From NCBI GenBank assembly GCA_027459485.1, contig DAIDIG010000012.1, positions 714 to 64,713 of the forward strand: a stretch of DNA of 64,000 bases, given 5' to 3'. Of this stretch, positions 27,008-36,223 are shown piece after piece. Made by a program: the position numbers and the translations under genes. The stretch comes from Bdellovibrionales bacterium. Its GTDB lineage: Bacteria; Bdellovibrionota; Bdellovibrionia; Bdellovibrionales; UBA1609. Every line of letters begins with the position of its first letter. Positions within the stretch are counted from its first letter, which is position 1. A model generated the notes under the pieces. The model had not been told where the DNA came from and did no database searches. It saw only the letters and a list, made by a program, of their open reading frames with translations.

Positions 27008-28084
27008 TTAACGCAGTTTGAGCGTGGATAAGCTCAATACGGCGAGTAAAATCGAAATGATCCAAAACCGAACAATGATTTTCGTCTCATCGAGGCCTTT
27101 AAGTTCGAAATGGTGATGGAGGGGGGCCATTTTAAATACCCGCTTGCCGGTGAGTTTAAACGAAGCGACCTGTGTAATCACCGAGAGAGCTTCGACGACA
27201 AATACTCCGCCGAGCACGATCATCAAAAGTTCATTGCTCGTAAATACCGCCATAATGCCAAGAAAGGCGCCAAGCGAAAGACTGCCGACATCGCCCATAA
27301 AAACTTGGGCCGGATATGTATTGAACCATAAAAACCCGAGACCTGCGGCCATCACCGCCGCCGCCAACGGCGCCAACTCACCGGCGCCGATCAAATGCGG
27401 AATATTCAGATAGGCCGAAATATCTTTGTGCCCCGTCACATAGGCAAAGATGCCAAGAGTGCCTGCACAAATAATCACCGGCACAATCGCGAGTCCATCA
27501 AGCCCATCTGTCAGATTTACCGCATTGGCAGTGCCGACCACGACAAGACCCGCAAATATCGGGTAAAACCAGCCAAGATCAACTGCGACCTGTTTAAAAA
27601 AAGGAACGTGAACAATCGAGCCGACCGTGCCGACATGGACCAATATCCCGACGCAACCGATCGCGACGAGAAACTCAAGAAAAAGACGGAACCGGCCCGA
27701 CAGACCTTTCGTATTTTTCTTATTCACTTTCAGCCAATCGTCGGCGTAACCGATAAATCCGAAACCCGCCGTGACCAGCAGAGTGACTAAAACCAGCCAG
27801 TTATCGAGATCGGCCCACAAAATGGCCGATGCCCCGATCGCTATCAGCATAAGCATGCCGCCCATTGTGGGCGTGCCTTGTTTTTTCAAATGCGTCTGCG
27901 GCCCGTCATCGCGCACGGTTTGCCCAAAATGTTTTTTGGTCAGGTGACGAATGAATCTCGGCCCTGCGAAATAACAAACAAAAAATGTTGTGAAGAAAGA
28001 AATGAACGCTCGAAACGTGATGTAACGAAAAACGTTGAACGCAAATAGATGCGACGACAGTAAATCAAGCCAGTGATAGAGCAT
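27008..28084 (-). CDS. mraY: Phospho-N-acetylmuramoyl-pentapeptide transferase
   Basis: 358 aa, polytopic. [41 protein letters not shown] motifs. Confidence 0.97.
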   Translation of the reverse strand: MLYHWLDLLSSHLFAFNVFRYITFRAFISFFTTFFVCYFAGPRFIRHLTKKHFGQTVRDDGPQTHLKKQGTPTMGGMLMLIAIGASAILWADLDNWLVLVTLLVTAGFGFIGYADDWLKVNKKNTKGLSGRFRLFLEFLVAIGCVGILVHVGTVGSIVHVPFFKQVAVDLGWFYPIFAGLVVVGTANAVNLTDGLDGLAIVPVIICAGTLGIFAYVTGHKDISAYLNIPHLIGAGELAPLAAAVMAAGLGFLWFNTYPAQVFMGDVGSLSLGAFLGIMAVFTSNELLMIVLGGVFVVEALSVITQVASFKLTGKRVFKMAPLHHHFELKGLDETKIIVRFWIISILLAVLSLSTLKLR

Positions 28085-28090
28085 TCGGTA

Positions 28091-29521
28091 TTACTTCTTT
28101 AGCAATTGGAACGAAGGATCCCATGCTTGCATCACTCGCTCGAGACGCATGCCGCGCGAACCCTTCATGACCACTATGTCGTTAGGGTTTAGCATGGAGC
28201 GAACTTTTAATGCAAGAGAATCTTCATAAGTATTTGAAATAAAATAGGTTTTTTTAAAACCCGAAAGCTTGAGCCCCGCTTCAAAAGCCGCGGCATCGTC
28301 GCCGTAAAACCAAACGGCTTGAATGTCGGTCTGGCCAATCATTTCGGCGATTTCTTGATGGTAGCGGGCCGAGTCTTCACCAAGCTCCAACATTTGCCCA
28401 AGAACGACGACCTTTTTAGCGCCGCCTTCTGCCGACATTTCAAAAAAGTTGCGGATCAACATGCTCGTACTGTCAGGGTTCGCGTTGTAGGCATCAAAAA
28501 TCACCGTCGCACCATTCGGCAGTTTCACAATTTGATTGCGGCCCCATTGCCCGCGGCACAATCGCAATGCCGCCCAAATTTTTTCGGGCTCCATACCCAT
28601 CGCGACACCCATACTCGCGGCCGCCATGAGATTGACGACGTTTTGCCGCCCGAACACAGGAACTTCGGCTTCACCAGCCACGCCCTTGATGTGGCCGACG
28701 ACGTGCACGCCGGAGATATCCATTCGGTCAGCTCGAAAGCTGACTTCGGCGCCGGCGCTGAATGATGAAAATGCGATTGTACGTTCGGACCCCTGCAACC
28801 TCGCGACTCGGTCAAACATCTTCATTGTATATTCATTGTCTGTGTTGAAGATTTTTACGGAGCCCGGGTTGGCGAGATAAATTTCTTCTTTTGCGTCGGC
28901 CACGCGCTCTTGCGAACCGTCGAAATTGCCGATATGGGCGCGCCCGACTGTCGTGCAGATCACAATATTCGGCTCCGCGATTTTTGAAAGTTGCGTCAGC
29001 TCACCCGAGTGGTTCATTCCCATTTCAACAATGACCGCTTGATCATCGAGATCAGCTTCGAGGAGCGTGATCGGCACGCCCCAATGATTGTTGAAACTGC
29101 CGTGGCTAACTGACACCGTGTAGGCTGTGGCGAGGATTGTGGCCGCAAATTCCTTTGTTGATGATTTGCCGTTGGAGCCAGTCACGCCAAAAACTTTTGC
29201 GTTTTTGAGCCGTCTTCGCCACGCTCGAGCGAGATCTTGCAGGGCCCGCAAGGTATCACTCACTTTAATTATGGTCACACGCGATTTCAATCGTTCCACC
29301 TCAGGCGTTTCGCGACTGATAACGAGGCAAGTCGCGCCGCCTTCGGCCGCTTGGCCGAGAAAATCGTGCGCGTCGAATTTCTCACCCGCGAGCGCAATGA
29401 AAATTTCACCTTTTATTTGACGGCTGTCCGTGCTGACGCCTTTGAATCGCCTAGAGTGAGTTGCCAATGGCTCGCCACCCGTCGTGCTAACAAGAGTTTC
29501 TATATCGAATTCACATGACAT
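28091..29521 (-). CDS. murF: UDP-N-acetylmuramoyl-tripeptide--D-alanyl-D-alanine ligase
   Basis: 476 aa. VTGSNGKSSTKE P-loop, typical MurF N-terminal domain, DAYNANP motif. Confidence 0.93.
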   Translation of the reverse strand: MSCEFDIETLVSTTGGEPLATHSRRFKGVSTDSRQIKGEIFIALAGEKFDAHDFLGQAAEGGATCLVISRETPEVERLKSRVTIIKVSDTLRALQDLARAWRRRLKNAKVFGVTGSNGKSSTKEFAATILATAYTVSVSHGSFNNHWGVPITLLEADLDDQAVIVEMGMNHSGELTQLSKIAEPNIVICTTVGRAHIGNFDGSQERVADAKEEIYLANPGSVKIFNTDNEYTMKMFDRVARLQGSERTIAFSSFSAGAEVSFRADRMDISGVHVVGHIKGVAGEAEVPVFGRQNVVNLMAAASMGVAMGMEPEKIWAALRLCRGQWGRNQIVKLPNGATVIFDAYNANPDSTSMLIRNFFEMSAEGGAKKVVVLGQMLELGEDSARYHQEIAEMIGQTDIQAVWFYGDDAAAFEAGLKLSGFKKTYFISNTYEDSLALKVRSMLNPNDIVVMKGSRGMRLERVMQAWDPSFQLLKK

Positions 29522-29522
29522 T

Positions 29523-31007
29523 TTAGACTTCCTTTAAGCTGGACTTGGCGATTTCGAAGTCGTCCATGTCGTATTTTCGTTGGCCGATTATTTGATATTT
29601 CTCATGACCCTTGCCGGCGATCAAGACGACATCTCCCGTTTTCGCCTCGCGAATGGCTTTAGCAATACATTCACGCCGGTCCACCTCTACGATAACTGAC
29701 ATATTCATCCGGTGGTTGGGTATGCCTTTTAAAATCTCAGAAATTATAGTTATCGGATTTTCACTTCGAGGATTATCGGAGGTCACAAACACGACATCCG
29801 ATCCCGCCACCGCAGCCTGACCCATGAGCGGCCTCTTACCTTTATCGCGATCGCCGCCGCAACCAAAAACAGTCAAAATGCGGGAATTCGATTGAGACCT
29901 GTCACGAATGGATCGCAGCGCATTCAAGGCGGTCGATAAGGCATCGTCAGTGTGAGCGTAGTCGATTAAAACGTGAATTCCCATTTCATTCGGTACGGCT
30001 TGCATGCGACCTGGCACGCCGGTGAAATGCTCGATCGCGTGAACGCAGGTCTCTATGGAGGCACCTGCGGCAATACCAGCGGCAATGGCGGCAACCGCAT
30101 TGTAGACGTTGTGGAGACCAAGAAGAGGGCTCATGACTTCAAGCCCACCTTGCCGGGTCTTCAACCGAAACCGCGTACCTGCAAAACTCATTTTTGAAAT
30201 TTCAAACTGAAAATCGCTGGCGGATTGCCCGAATGTCCAACGCCGAACACCTTGGCTTAGCGCCAACTTCTTCGTCCATTCATCGTCAATGTTGAGAATG
30301 GCAGTCAGGGGTTTCACGCGGTTTCGCGGCCTAAAAAGTTTTTCTTTGGCACGAAAATATTCATCCATTGTTTTGTGGTAGTCGAGGTGATCGCGTGTCA
30401 GATTCGTGAAGATCGCAGCGTCAAACGGTACACTTGAAGTTCGATCTTGATCGAGAGCCTGGCTTGAAACTTCCATCGCCACGGCTTTTGCCCCGAGCGC
30501 GCAAAACTCATTCAAGCGCTCTTGCAACGTCACAGGATCGGGAGAGGTCAGTGACGTCTGCCAATATCGTCCGTTCAAATGGTGATCGACCGTTCCGATC
30601 ACACCGGTGGGCAGACCGAGCTCGTTCAGAATGGCCTCAATTAGATATGTCGTACTGGTTTTACCGTTCGTGCCGGTAACCCCCACACAAAACAATGAGC
30701 GCGCCGGGTCACCGTAAAAACGCGCCGCCAAGTCGCCGACTGCCAATCGCGTACTCGGTACTTTGAGCACACCTCCCTTGAACGATTGTGGGACTAAGCC
30801 CTCATCTTCAACGACGACAGCCGCGACGCCACGTGTGCAGACTTCGGTTAAAAAACGATGTCCATCCTGAGAATGACCCCGAATGGCCACGAAGATATCG
30901 GTTAAGCGAGCGGTTTTCGAATCGCACGAAATCGCGGTGATCTCGGCCTCGGGATTGTCGCCCATTTTAAATTGCGAATAAATGCTAAATAGCTCGGTGA
31001 GCGTCAA
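29523..31007 (-). CDS. murE: UDP-N-acetylmuramoyl-L-alanyl-D-glutamate--2,6-diaminopimelate ligase
   Basis: 494 aa. VTGTNGKTSTTYL P-loop, DNPRSENP (meso-DAP-type motif), GKGHE. Confidence 0.95.
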   Translation of the reverse strand: MTLTELFSIYSQFKMGDNPEAEITAISCDSKTARLTDIFVAIRGHSQDGHRFLTEVCTRGVAAVVVEDEGLVPQSFKGGVLKVPSTRLAVGDLAARFYGDPARSLFCVGVTGTNGKTSTTYLIEAILNELGLPTGVIGTVDHHLNGRYWQTSLTSPDPVTLQERLNEFCALGAKAVAMEVSSQALDQDRTSSVPFDAAIFTNLTRDHLDYHKTMDEYFRAKEKLFRPRNRVKPLTAILNIDDEWTKKLALSQGVRRWTFGQSASDFQFEISKMSFAGTRFRLKTRQGGLEVMSPLLGLHNVYNAVAAIAAGIAAGASIETCVHAIEHFTGVPGRMQAVPNEMGIHVLIDYAHTDDALSTALNALRSIRDRSQSNSRILTVFGCGGDRDKGKRPLMGQAAVAGSDVVFVTSDNPRSENPITIISEILKGIPNHRMNMSVIVEVDRRECIAKAIREAKTGDVVLIAGKGHEKYQIIGQRKYDMDDFEIAKSSLKEV

Positions 31008-31554
31008 TTGCCTGCTCTTTGATGGCGTTCAGTATTTGTTCCCAATTATGACATTCAAAATGAGGCGATGCAAAACCCTGTTCAAATCGAAAAGCGCTGG
31101 AATGGGGCTGTTTGAAAAAAATAGTCCGGCACCCTGCACGACGGCCGGCTTCGACGTCAATCGGTTTATCTCCGATCATCCAACTTTGCGCTAAGTCGAT
31201 GCGATACTCTTCGGCCGCGGTCAGTAACATGCCGGGACTCGGTTTTCGCATAAAATCATCTGCCCCCGACGGCGCTTGTGCCACATATATAGCAACGACA
31301 TCAATGCCTGCCTCGCCGAGAATTCGGCGGATTTTAGCGTGAATGGCTTCAAGATTGTGCGAATGCACGCGGCCGCTTATGAGGCCGGATTGATTGGTAA
31401 CGATGCAAAATTCAAAACCAAGATCGCGCAATTCTCTCAAACACGCGATCGAACCCGGCATCATTTCGACCAATTCGGCATCGTTCAAATAGTTGCGTTC
31501 AACGATCAATGTGCCGTCACGATCTAAAAATATGGCTTTACGTTTCGGGTTCAC
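30985..31554 (-). CDS. HAD-IIIA family phosphatase (GmhB / D,D-heptose 1,7-bisphosphate phosphatase-like)
   Basis: 189 aa. DRDGTL motif I, VTNQSG motif II, GDKPIDVEAG motif IV. Overlaps the murE start by 23 bp. Confidence 0.8.
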   Translation of the reverse strand: MNPKRKAIFLDRDGTLIVERNYLNDAELVEMMPGSIACLRELRDLGFEFCIVTNQSGLISGRVHSHNLEAIHAKIRRILGEAGIDVVAIYVAQAPSGADDFMRKPSPGMLLTAAEEYRIDLAQSWMIGDKPIDVEAGRRAGCRTIFFKQPHSSAFRFEQGFASPHFECHNWEQILNAIKEQAIDAHRAI

Positions 31555-32507
31555 GGCTTAACTGCTTTCTTGTGGCCGAAGGGGTGATGCTCTTCCATCG
31601 TGCGGCTTAGGTGCTCAATGCTCAGATGCAAATATCTTTGTGTTGCGGTGAGCGACTCGTGGCCGAGTAGCTCTTGCAAAACGCGCAAGTCAGTCCCGCT
31701 TGAAAGCATGTGAGTCGCAAAACTGTGCCGTAAAGCGTGGGGATTGAGCGGCTTAAGAAGTCCCGCCTTTGCGCCACTCCGGCGCACGATCTCATATGCG
31801 ACACGCGTGCTCAGGGGTTTTGGCCCCAACACGAACTCACCAACCTGGCGTTCTTGACTTAACATTTTGGCCAATACAGGGACCATTGCCACTTGCCTTT
31901 CTTTATCACCTTTACCACGTACGGTGAGCGTGCGCTCAGTCAGATTCACCTGCGCCCAAGTAAGATTGGCGGCTTCTGAAACGCGTAGCCCGGCCCCATA
32001 AAGAAGTAGTACCAAGATAAAGTCACGTCGCGCATTCGGGCCTGTTTCGCGCGACACGCAAGATATAAGCGCGAGAGCTTCATCGAGAGATAAAAACCGC
32101 GGTATTCTCTCGGGCACTTTCGGGCTAATCAAATGCGCCGAAAGATCCACATCGATGTAGTTTTCGGCGAGTAGCCAATTGAAGAAGCTTTTCAAGCACG
32201 CCACTTTACGATTACGCGATGCCGGACTTAAGCCTGACCATTTAACTTGCGCTTTTCTTAAAAGTTCGAGTAAAAGATCGGCTAGTTGAACTATTTTGTA
32301 ATTTTGATGGCTATTGCCTTTCTCAATTTTGGTAACCCATCGCCTGTTTTGTAAAAAGATCGCCTCGCCGCCTAGAGGCTGCAGAAATTGGTTCAAATCC
32401 GTGGCATAGGATTTGGAAGTTAATGGTAGAGTCGTTCGAGTATCGGCACGTGAATTCAAATACTTAGATGCTAGCTCGGACAATTTTTGTTCTTTTCTGG
32501 GTGACAT
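31551..32507 (-). CDS. Tyrosine recombinase, XerC/XerD-like
   Basis: 318 aa. Catalytic region AGLRVSE..., HALRHSFATHML, LLGHESLTATQRYLH (R-H-R-Y). The stop overlaps the downstream start. Confidence 0.85.
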   Translation of the reverse strand: MSPRKEQKLSELASKYLNSRADTRTTLPLTSKSYATDLNQFLQPLGGEAIFLQNRRWVTKIEKGNSHQNYKIVQLADLLLELLRKAQVKWSGLSPASRNRKVACLKSFFNWLLAENYIDVDLSAHLISPKVPERIPRFLSLDEALALISCVSRETGPNARRDFILVLLLYGAGLRVSEAANLTWAQVNLTERTLTVRGKGDKERQVAMVPVLAKMLSQERQVGEFVLGPKPLSTRVAYEIVRRSGAKAGLLKPLNPHALRHSFATHMLSSGTDLRVLQELLGHESLTATQRYLHLSIEHLSRTMEEHHPFGHKKAVKP

Positions 32508-32589
32508 TAATTGGCTCCCAAAAAAGAGAAAAAAGGGAAAAAAGCTTGCAGAATTTTCAGCGATTTGTTATACACTGCGTCATAAACCC

Positions 32590-32602
32590 TGGCAAAATGC
32601 CA
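32590..32602. promoter_or_regulatory. Perfect palindrome TGGCA-N3-TGCCA just upstream of the sigma-54 activator gene
   Basis: TGGCAAAATGCCA at 32590-32602, 17 nt upstream of the ATG at 32619 and abutting the AGAGAGG ribosome-binding site. Possible operator. The spacing does not fit a -24/-12 sigma-54 promoter. Confidence 0.3.
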
Positions 32603-32618
32603 CAGAGAGGTTGTACGT

Positions 32619-33668
32619 ATGTCTGAAATTGAAAAGTCATCTTTCTTGCCGTCGTCCAGCGATAACCAGACCCTTATCCCCCAAGCGAAGATTATAGAGA
32701 ATAGCCCGATCATCTACAAATCCGAAGCAATGCGCCAAGTGATGCGAATGGTTGAGCGAGTCGCTCCTTCACAGGCTACTGTTTTGATTCTAGGCGAATC
32801 GGGCACCGGCAAAGAGCTAATCGCGCAACATATCCATAAAAACTCAAACCGACGCGATAAGCCGTTTGTCGCAATCAACTGCGGCGCTCTTCGCGAAACA
32901 CTCCTTGAGTCTGAATTGTTCGGTCACGAGCGCGGCGCTTTCACAGGCGCATATGCGCGAAAGCTGGGTCTTGCTGAAGTCGCGAACGGCGGTACGCTGT
33001 TCTTAGATGAAATCGGCGAGATGAGCCCGGGGATTCAATCAAAACTTTTACGCTTCTTACAAGAAGGCGAGATCTTCCGAGTCGGCGGAAAAGATCCGAT
33101 CAAAGTCGACATTCGTCTGATCTCGGCGACCAATCGCGAACTAGAAAAAGAAGTTTTACGCGGCAACTTCCGTGAAGATTTGTTTTATCGAATCAATACG
33201 ATCATGGTTCAAACTCCCCCGCTTCGCCGACGCAAAGAAGACATTCAGCTTCTCATCGAGCACTTTCTTTCTCGCGGCGCCAATGCGATTCTCGGTCGCG
33301 GCCGTCAGATGAGCGAAGACGCGATGAAGATCATGATGAAATACGATTGGCCGGGTAATATTCGCGAATTGCAAAATACCTGCGAGCGCCTGCAAATTCT
33401 GTCTGAAGGCCACACGGTCATGCCGAACGACTTACCCGAACACATTCGTAACCCCGAATACAAAGCCGTGATCGACGACTACGATCCGACTTTGACGATT
33501 CACGAGCTTGAACGCCGCTACATTTTAAAGGCGCTTAACTATTTCGACGGCAACAAGACTCAAGCCGCCAACGCGCTCGGGATCACGATCAAAACGCTCT
33601 ACAACAAACTCCACGAGTACGGCGAATTCGAAAAATTCGCGGTTCATTCTGCCCGCGGCAAAGAATGA
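32619..33668 (+). CDS. Sigma-54-dependent transcriptional activator (AAA+ plus Fis-type HTH), no receiver or sensory domain
   Basis: 349 aa. Walker [15 protein letters not shown] sigma-54 contact loop, Walker [10 protein letters not shown]-terminal HTH ([20 protein letters not shown]). Only about 30 aa precede the AAA+ core. Confidence 0.9.
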   Translation: MSEIEKSSFLPSSSDNQTLIPQAKIIENSPIIYKSEAMRQVMRMVERVAPSQATVLILGESGTGKELIAQHIHKNSNRRDKPFVAINCGALRETLLESELFGHERGAFTGAYARKLGLAEVANGGTLFLDEIGEMSPGIQSKLLRFLQEGEIFRVGGKDPIKVDIRLISATNRELEKEVLRGNFREDLFYRINTIMVQTPPLRRRKEDIQLLIEHFLSRGANAILGRGRQMSEDAMKIMMKYDWPGNIRELQNTCERLQILSEGHTVMPNDLPEHIRNPEYKAVIDDYDPTLTIHELERRYILKALNYFDGNKTQAANALGITIKTLYNKLHEYGEFEKFAVHSARGKE

Positions 33669-33791
33669 TATATTGTGCTTCGGTGGGCTGACGTTTGCTT
33701 TTCATTGCGCTCGGTCTCTCCGCTATCGCGACGCAGCCGCGCCGAAATAAATTCGGCCGGCGATTCAACTCGCGATTGCGGTGAATTCGGT

Positions 33792-34337
33792 TTAATTCAA
33801 ATTTTCTAGACGGGCGATGTAGGGCAAATGCCGGTACTGATTTTGATAATCAAGGCCATAACCCACAACAAACTCGTTCGGGATTTTGAACCCGACTAAA
33901 TCAATTTTGCAGTCGACTTTTTTCGCATCCGGCTTGTGTAAGAGCGTCACTGTCGTAATTGTCTTGGGTTTACGAATCTCGAACATTTTTTGCAGGTAGC
34001 TCATCGTTAGCCCTGTGTCGATGATGTCCTCGACAAGAAGTACATGGCGCCCTTGAACGGACGAGCTGATATCCATCGTTAATTTGACTTCACCACTCGA
34101 ATGCGCGTTGTTGCCGTAGCTCGAAGTCGAAAGAAATTCGCAGGTCATGTCGCACTCGATTTGTCGAATGAGATCGGAGAAAAATATGAAAGAGCCCTTT
34201 AAAACGCAAATGGCCACAACCGGGGCGCTTTTGAATTTATCGGTGAGCACGTCGCCCATCTCTTTGATGCGCTTGTGCAGATCTTTTTCAGAAATGACGG
34301 TGCTAAGACTTGGCCCCATTAGGCCTCTAGGTTTCAT
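33792..34337 (-). CDS. hpt: Hypoxanthine phosphoribosyltransferase
   Basis: PRPP-binding motif VLLVEDIIDTGLT. VVGYGLDYQNQYRHLPYI is typical of Hpt. The ATG at 34337 is preferred; the track uses a TTG at 34358. Confidence 0.9.
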   Translation of the reverse strand: MKPRGLMGPSLSTVISEKDLHKRIKEMGDVLTDKFKSAPVVAICVLKGSFIFFSDLIRQIECDMTCEFLSTSSYGNNAHSSGEVKLTMDISSSVQGRHVLLVEDIIDTGLTMSYLQKMFEIRKPKTITTVTLLHKPDAKKVDCKIDLVGFKIPNEFVVGYGLDYQNQYRHLPYIARLENLN

Positions 34338-34354
34338 TGAATTCCCGCAGAAAA

Positions 34355-34966
34355 TCAAGAGAATTCAGCCGATGGACCGATCTGCTTCAACCGTTCGGCA
34401 AACGTCGGGTCAAAGTGTTTGCGGCAGCGCGCTTCGTATGAGTCCGTCGAGCCGAGGAGAAATTGCCCGTCAGCGCCGACAATTCGTTGCGTTCGAGTGG
34501 CAGGCGCTCCGCACACGACGCAAATCGCGTATTGTTTGTGAATAATATCGGCGATAGCGAGGAGGTTCGGCATTGGCCCGAACGGTTCGCCCTTCCAATC
34601 CGTATCAAGCCCGGCCACGATCACGCGGCGACCGCTTGAAGCAAGCGCTGTCGCGACGTCGGCGATCTCACCGCCAAAAAATTGGCACTCGTCGATACCG
34701 ACCACTTCGGTAAACGGTTCGACTAGACGAAGAATCTCTTCGGCCGACTTGACGTTCACGGCCGGGAATTCAGAGCGATCGTGCGATGCCACGGCGTCGA
34801 TTGAGTACCGGGTGTCCACGACCGGTTTAAAAACTTGAAATCGCAATCGAGCAATTTGGGCGCGACGGATTTGCGTGATCAATGCCTCTGTTTTGCCGCT
34901 GAACATGCAGCCGCAAATCACTTCAATCTGACCGTGACGAAGAACGCCACTGTTTAACCATGACAT
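34355..34966 (-). CDS. tdk: Thymidine kinase
   Basis: P-loop GCMFSGKTEALI, IGIDECQFF, and zinc-binding cysteines (CVVCGAPA...RC). ATG at 34966. Confidence 0.9.
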   Translation of the reverse strand: MSWLNSGVLRHGQIEVICGCMFSGKTEALITQIRRAQIARLRFQVFKPVVDTRYSIDAVASHDRSEFPAVNVKSAEEILRLVEPFTEVVGIDECQFFGGEIADVATALASSGRRVIVAGLDTDWKGEPFGPMPNLLAIADIIHKQYAICVVCGAPATRTQRIVGADGQFLLGSTDSYEARCRKHFDPTFAERLKQIGPSAEFS

Positions 34967-35009
34967 TCCATTTTGGTAGCGCGAATGCCTCTGCACACGC
35001 AAGAAATTT

Positions 35010-35978
35010 TTATTTCGGTTCGATTACAATCACCAGGTCTGTGACTGAATTTTGAAACGCGGGCGAAGCGAAGATGGCAATTGGCGTGCCGTTAAACGCC
35101 AAAAGGTCTTGACGAAAAACTTTTCGATGCGGAAAGAAGCCCGTAAGCACCAGCGTCGATTTCGGTGAAAAACTGAAGTTCGAATTGACTTCATTTGTGA
35201 TGAGTGAATTGCCCGAACGATTCCTCATATTAAACAAAAGATCGAGCGCCAATTCGATATCCGTACCCGTCACTTTGACCGGGTTCAGATTGATTGTGAC
35301 TCCGATGCCGTTCATCCCCGCGGTCGCAGCGCTTGGCGGGCGCATGAAATCCAGGGTGATGGGAGTGCCTTGCTGCAAATTTTGAGTGATCGATTCACCG
35401 AGCGACCGGGTGGCCGGGTCCTTTTCTCTCAGCTTTTGAAGCGGATGATGCGTCGGTAACGTCATCGATCTCGACTCAGCCGATTCGCTGAGAACTTGAC
35501 CTTCCGAAGCCAGTTGCATCAGGGCCGCACGCGACATTTCGTAAAAGGCGATCGAAAGCTCAGTCGGCGCGGCTGTGATCTCGTGATTTTTTTTGTCGTG
35601 GCCGATTTTAGGCTTTGTCTGCGCAATTGGTGCACGAGGCAGTGGCGCTGCCGGCTGCTGCGGTTGTGGAACGGCGCTCGGCTGAACCGCGGGTCGAGTG
35701 GGCGCCGGGGGCTCTCGCATCGAGCGTAAAATATGTGCTCGCTGAACCGGATTCGAGTTCAGTCGCTTTTCTAGGCGATCGTTTTGTGACATTAAAAGAG
35801 CGATTGTGACGGCAATCACGATTAAGACCACGACCGAAATCTGGAACGCCGTATTTTTCGCGATTTTTTTAAAAAAAGGGGTGGGCGCCGGCTTGTATGT
35901 TTCTATGTCAAGCCCGCAATTCGCACAGTATTTGTCCTCAGGCTGGACAAACCCACATCTGGGGCACGTTTGCATCAT
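35010..35978 (-). CDS. Zinc-ribbon membrane protein with Pro-rich linker and C-terminal secretin-like segment
   Basis: N-terminal CPRCG...CANCG zinc ribbon, a TM segment (ISVVVLIVIAVTIALL), a Pro/Gln-rich linker, and a C-terminal approximately 110 aa ending ...NSVTDLVIVIEPK. Confidence 0.65.
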   Translation of the reverse strand: MMQTCPRCGFVQPEDKYCANCGLDIETYKPAPTPFFKKIAKNTAFQISVVVLIVIAVTIALLMSQNDRLEKRLNSNPVQRAHILRSMREPPAPTRPAVQPSAVPQPQQPAAPLPRAPIAQTKPKIGHDKKNHEITAAPTELSIAFYEMSRAALMQLASEGQVLSESAESRSMTLPTHHPLQKLREKDPATRSLGESITQNLQQGTPITLDFMRPPSAATAGMNGIGVTINLNPVKVTGTDIELALDLLFNMRNRSGNSLITNEVNSNFSFSPKSTLVLTGFFPHRKVFRQDLLAFNGTPIAIFASPAFQNSVTDLVIVIEPK

Positions 35979-36015
35979 ATAGACCAATCCTGACGCATAT
36001 AGGTTAAATGGTAAA

Positions 36016-36051
36016 GTGGAAAATAGTGGAAATTTGTGGAAATTCTATAAT
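36016..36051 (+). promoter_or_regulatory. Candidate MraZ operator (three GTGGAAA direct repeats at 10-bp spacing) abutting a TATAAT -10 box
   Basis: GTGGAAA at 36016-36022, 36026-36032 and 36036-36042. TATAAT at 36046-36051. Same strand as and upstream of mraZ. Matches the known architecture of MraZ-binding direct repeats (GTGG/TGGG core, 10-bp periodicity). Confidence 0.6.
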
Positions 36052-36127
36052 TCCGGTAAGCTCTTAAGTGAGACATTTAAGTGCTCGATCGCGAACGGCA
36101 GCAGGGGCCAATCGCGTATTGACCACA

Positions 36128-36154
36128 GAAGCCCATGGATGGGCTTCGTTTTTT
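36128..36154 (+). terminator. Intrinsic-terminator-like hairpin in the mraZ leader
   Basis: GAAGCCCA-TGGA-TGGGCTTC (perfect 8-bp stem, 4-nt loop) followed by GTTTTTT. It lies between the putative promoter (-10 at 36046) and the mraZ ATG (36224). Confidence 0.45.
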
Positions 36155-36223
36155 AAGCGCAAGGCAGCGTAGGGCCCACCGGCCCGCGCGAAACGAGACC
36201 GGCGCGATGGTTAGGATGACCGA

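Noticed and set aside
31551-32507. The tyrosine recombinase as the integrase of a mobile element or prophage.
   Set aside because: There is no adjacent tRNA and no flanking direct repeats that I could see. There are no phage, plasmid or transposase genes nearby. It is translationally linked to housekeeping gmhB-like/murE genes. A chromosomal XerC/D-type recombinase is the simpler reading.
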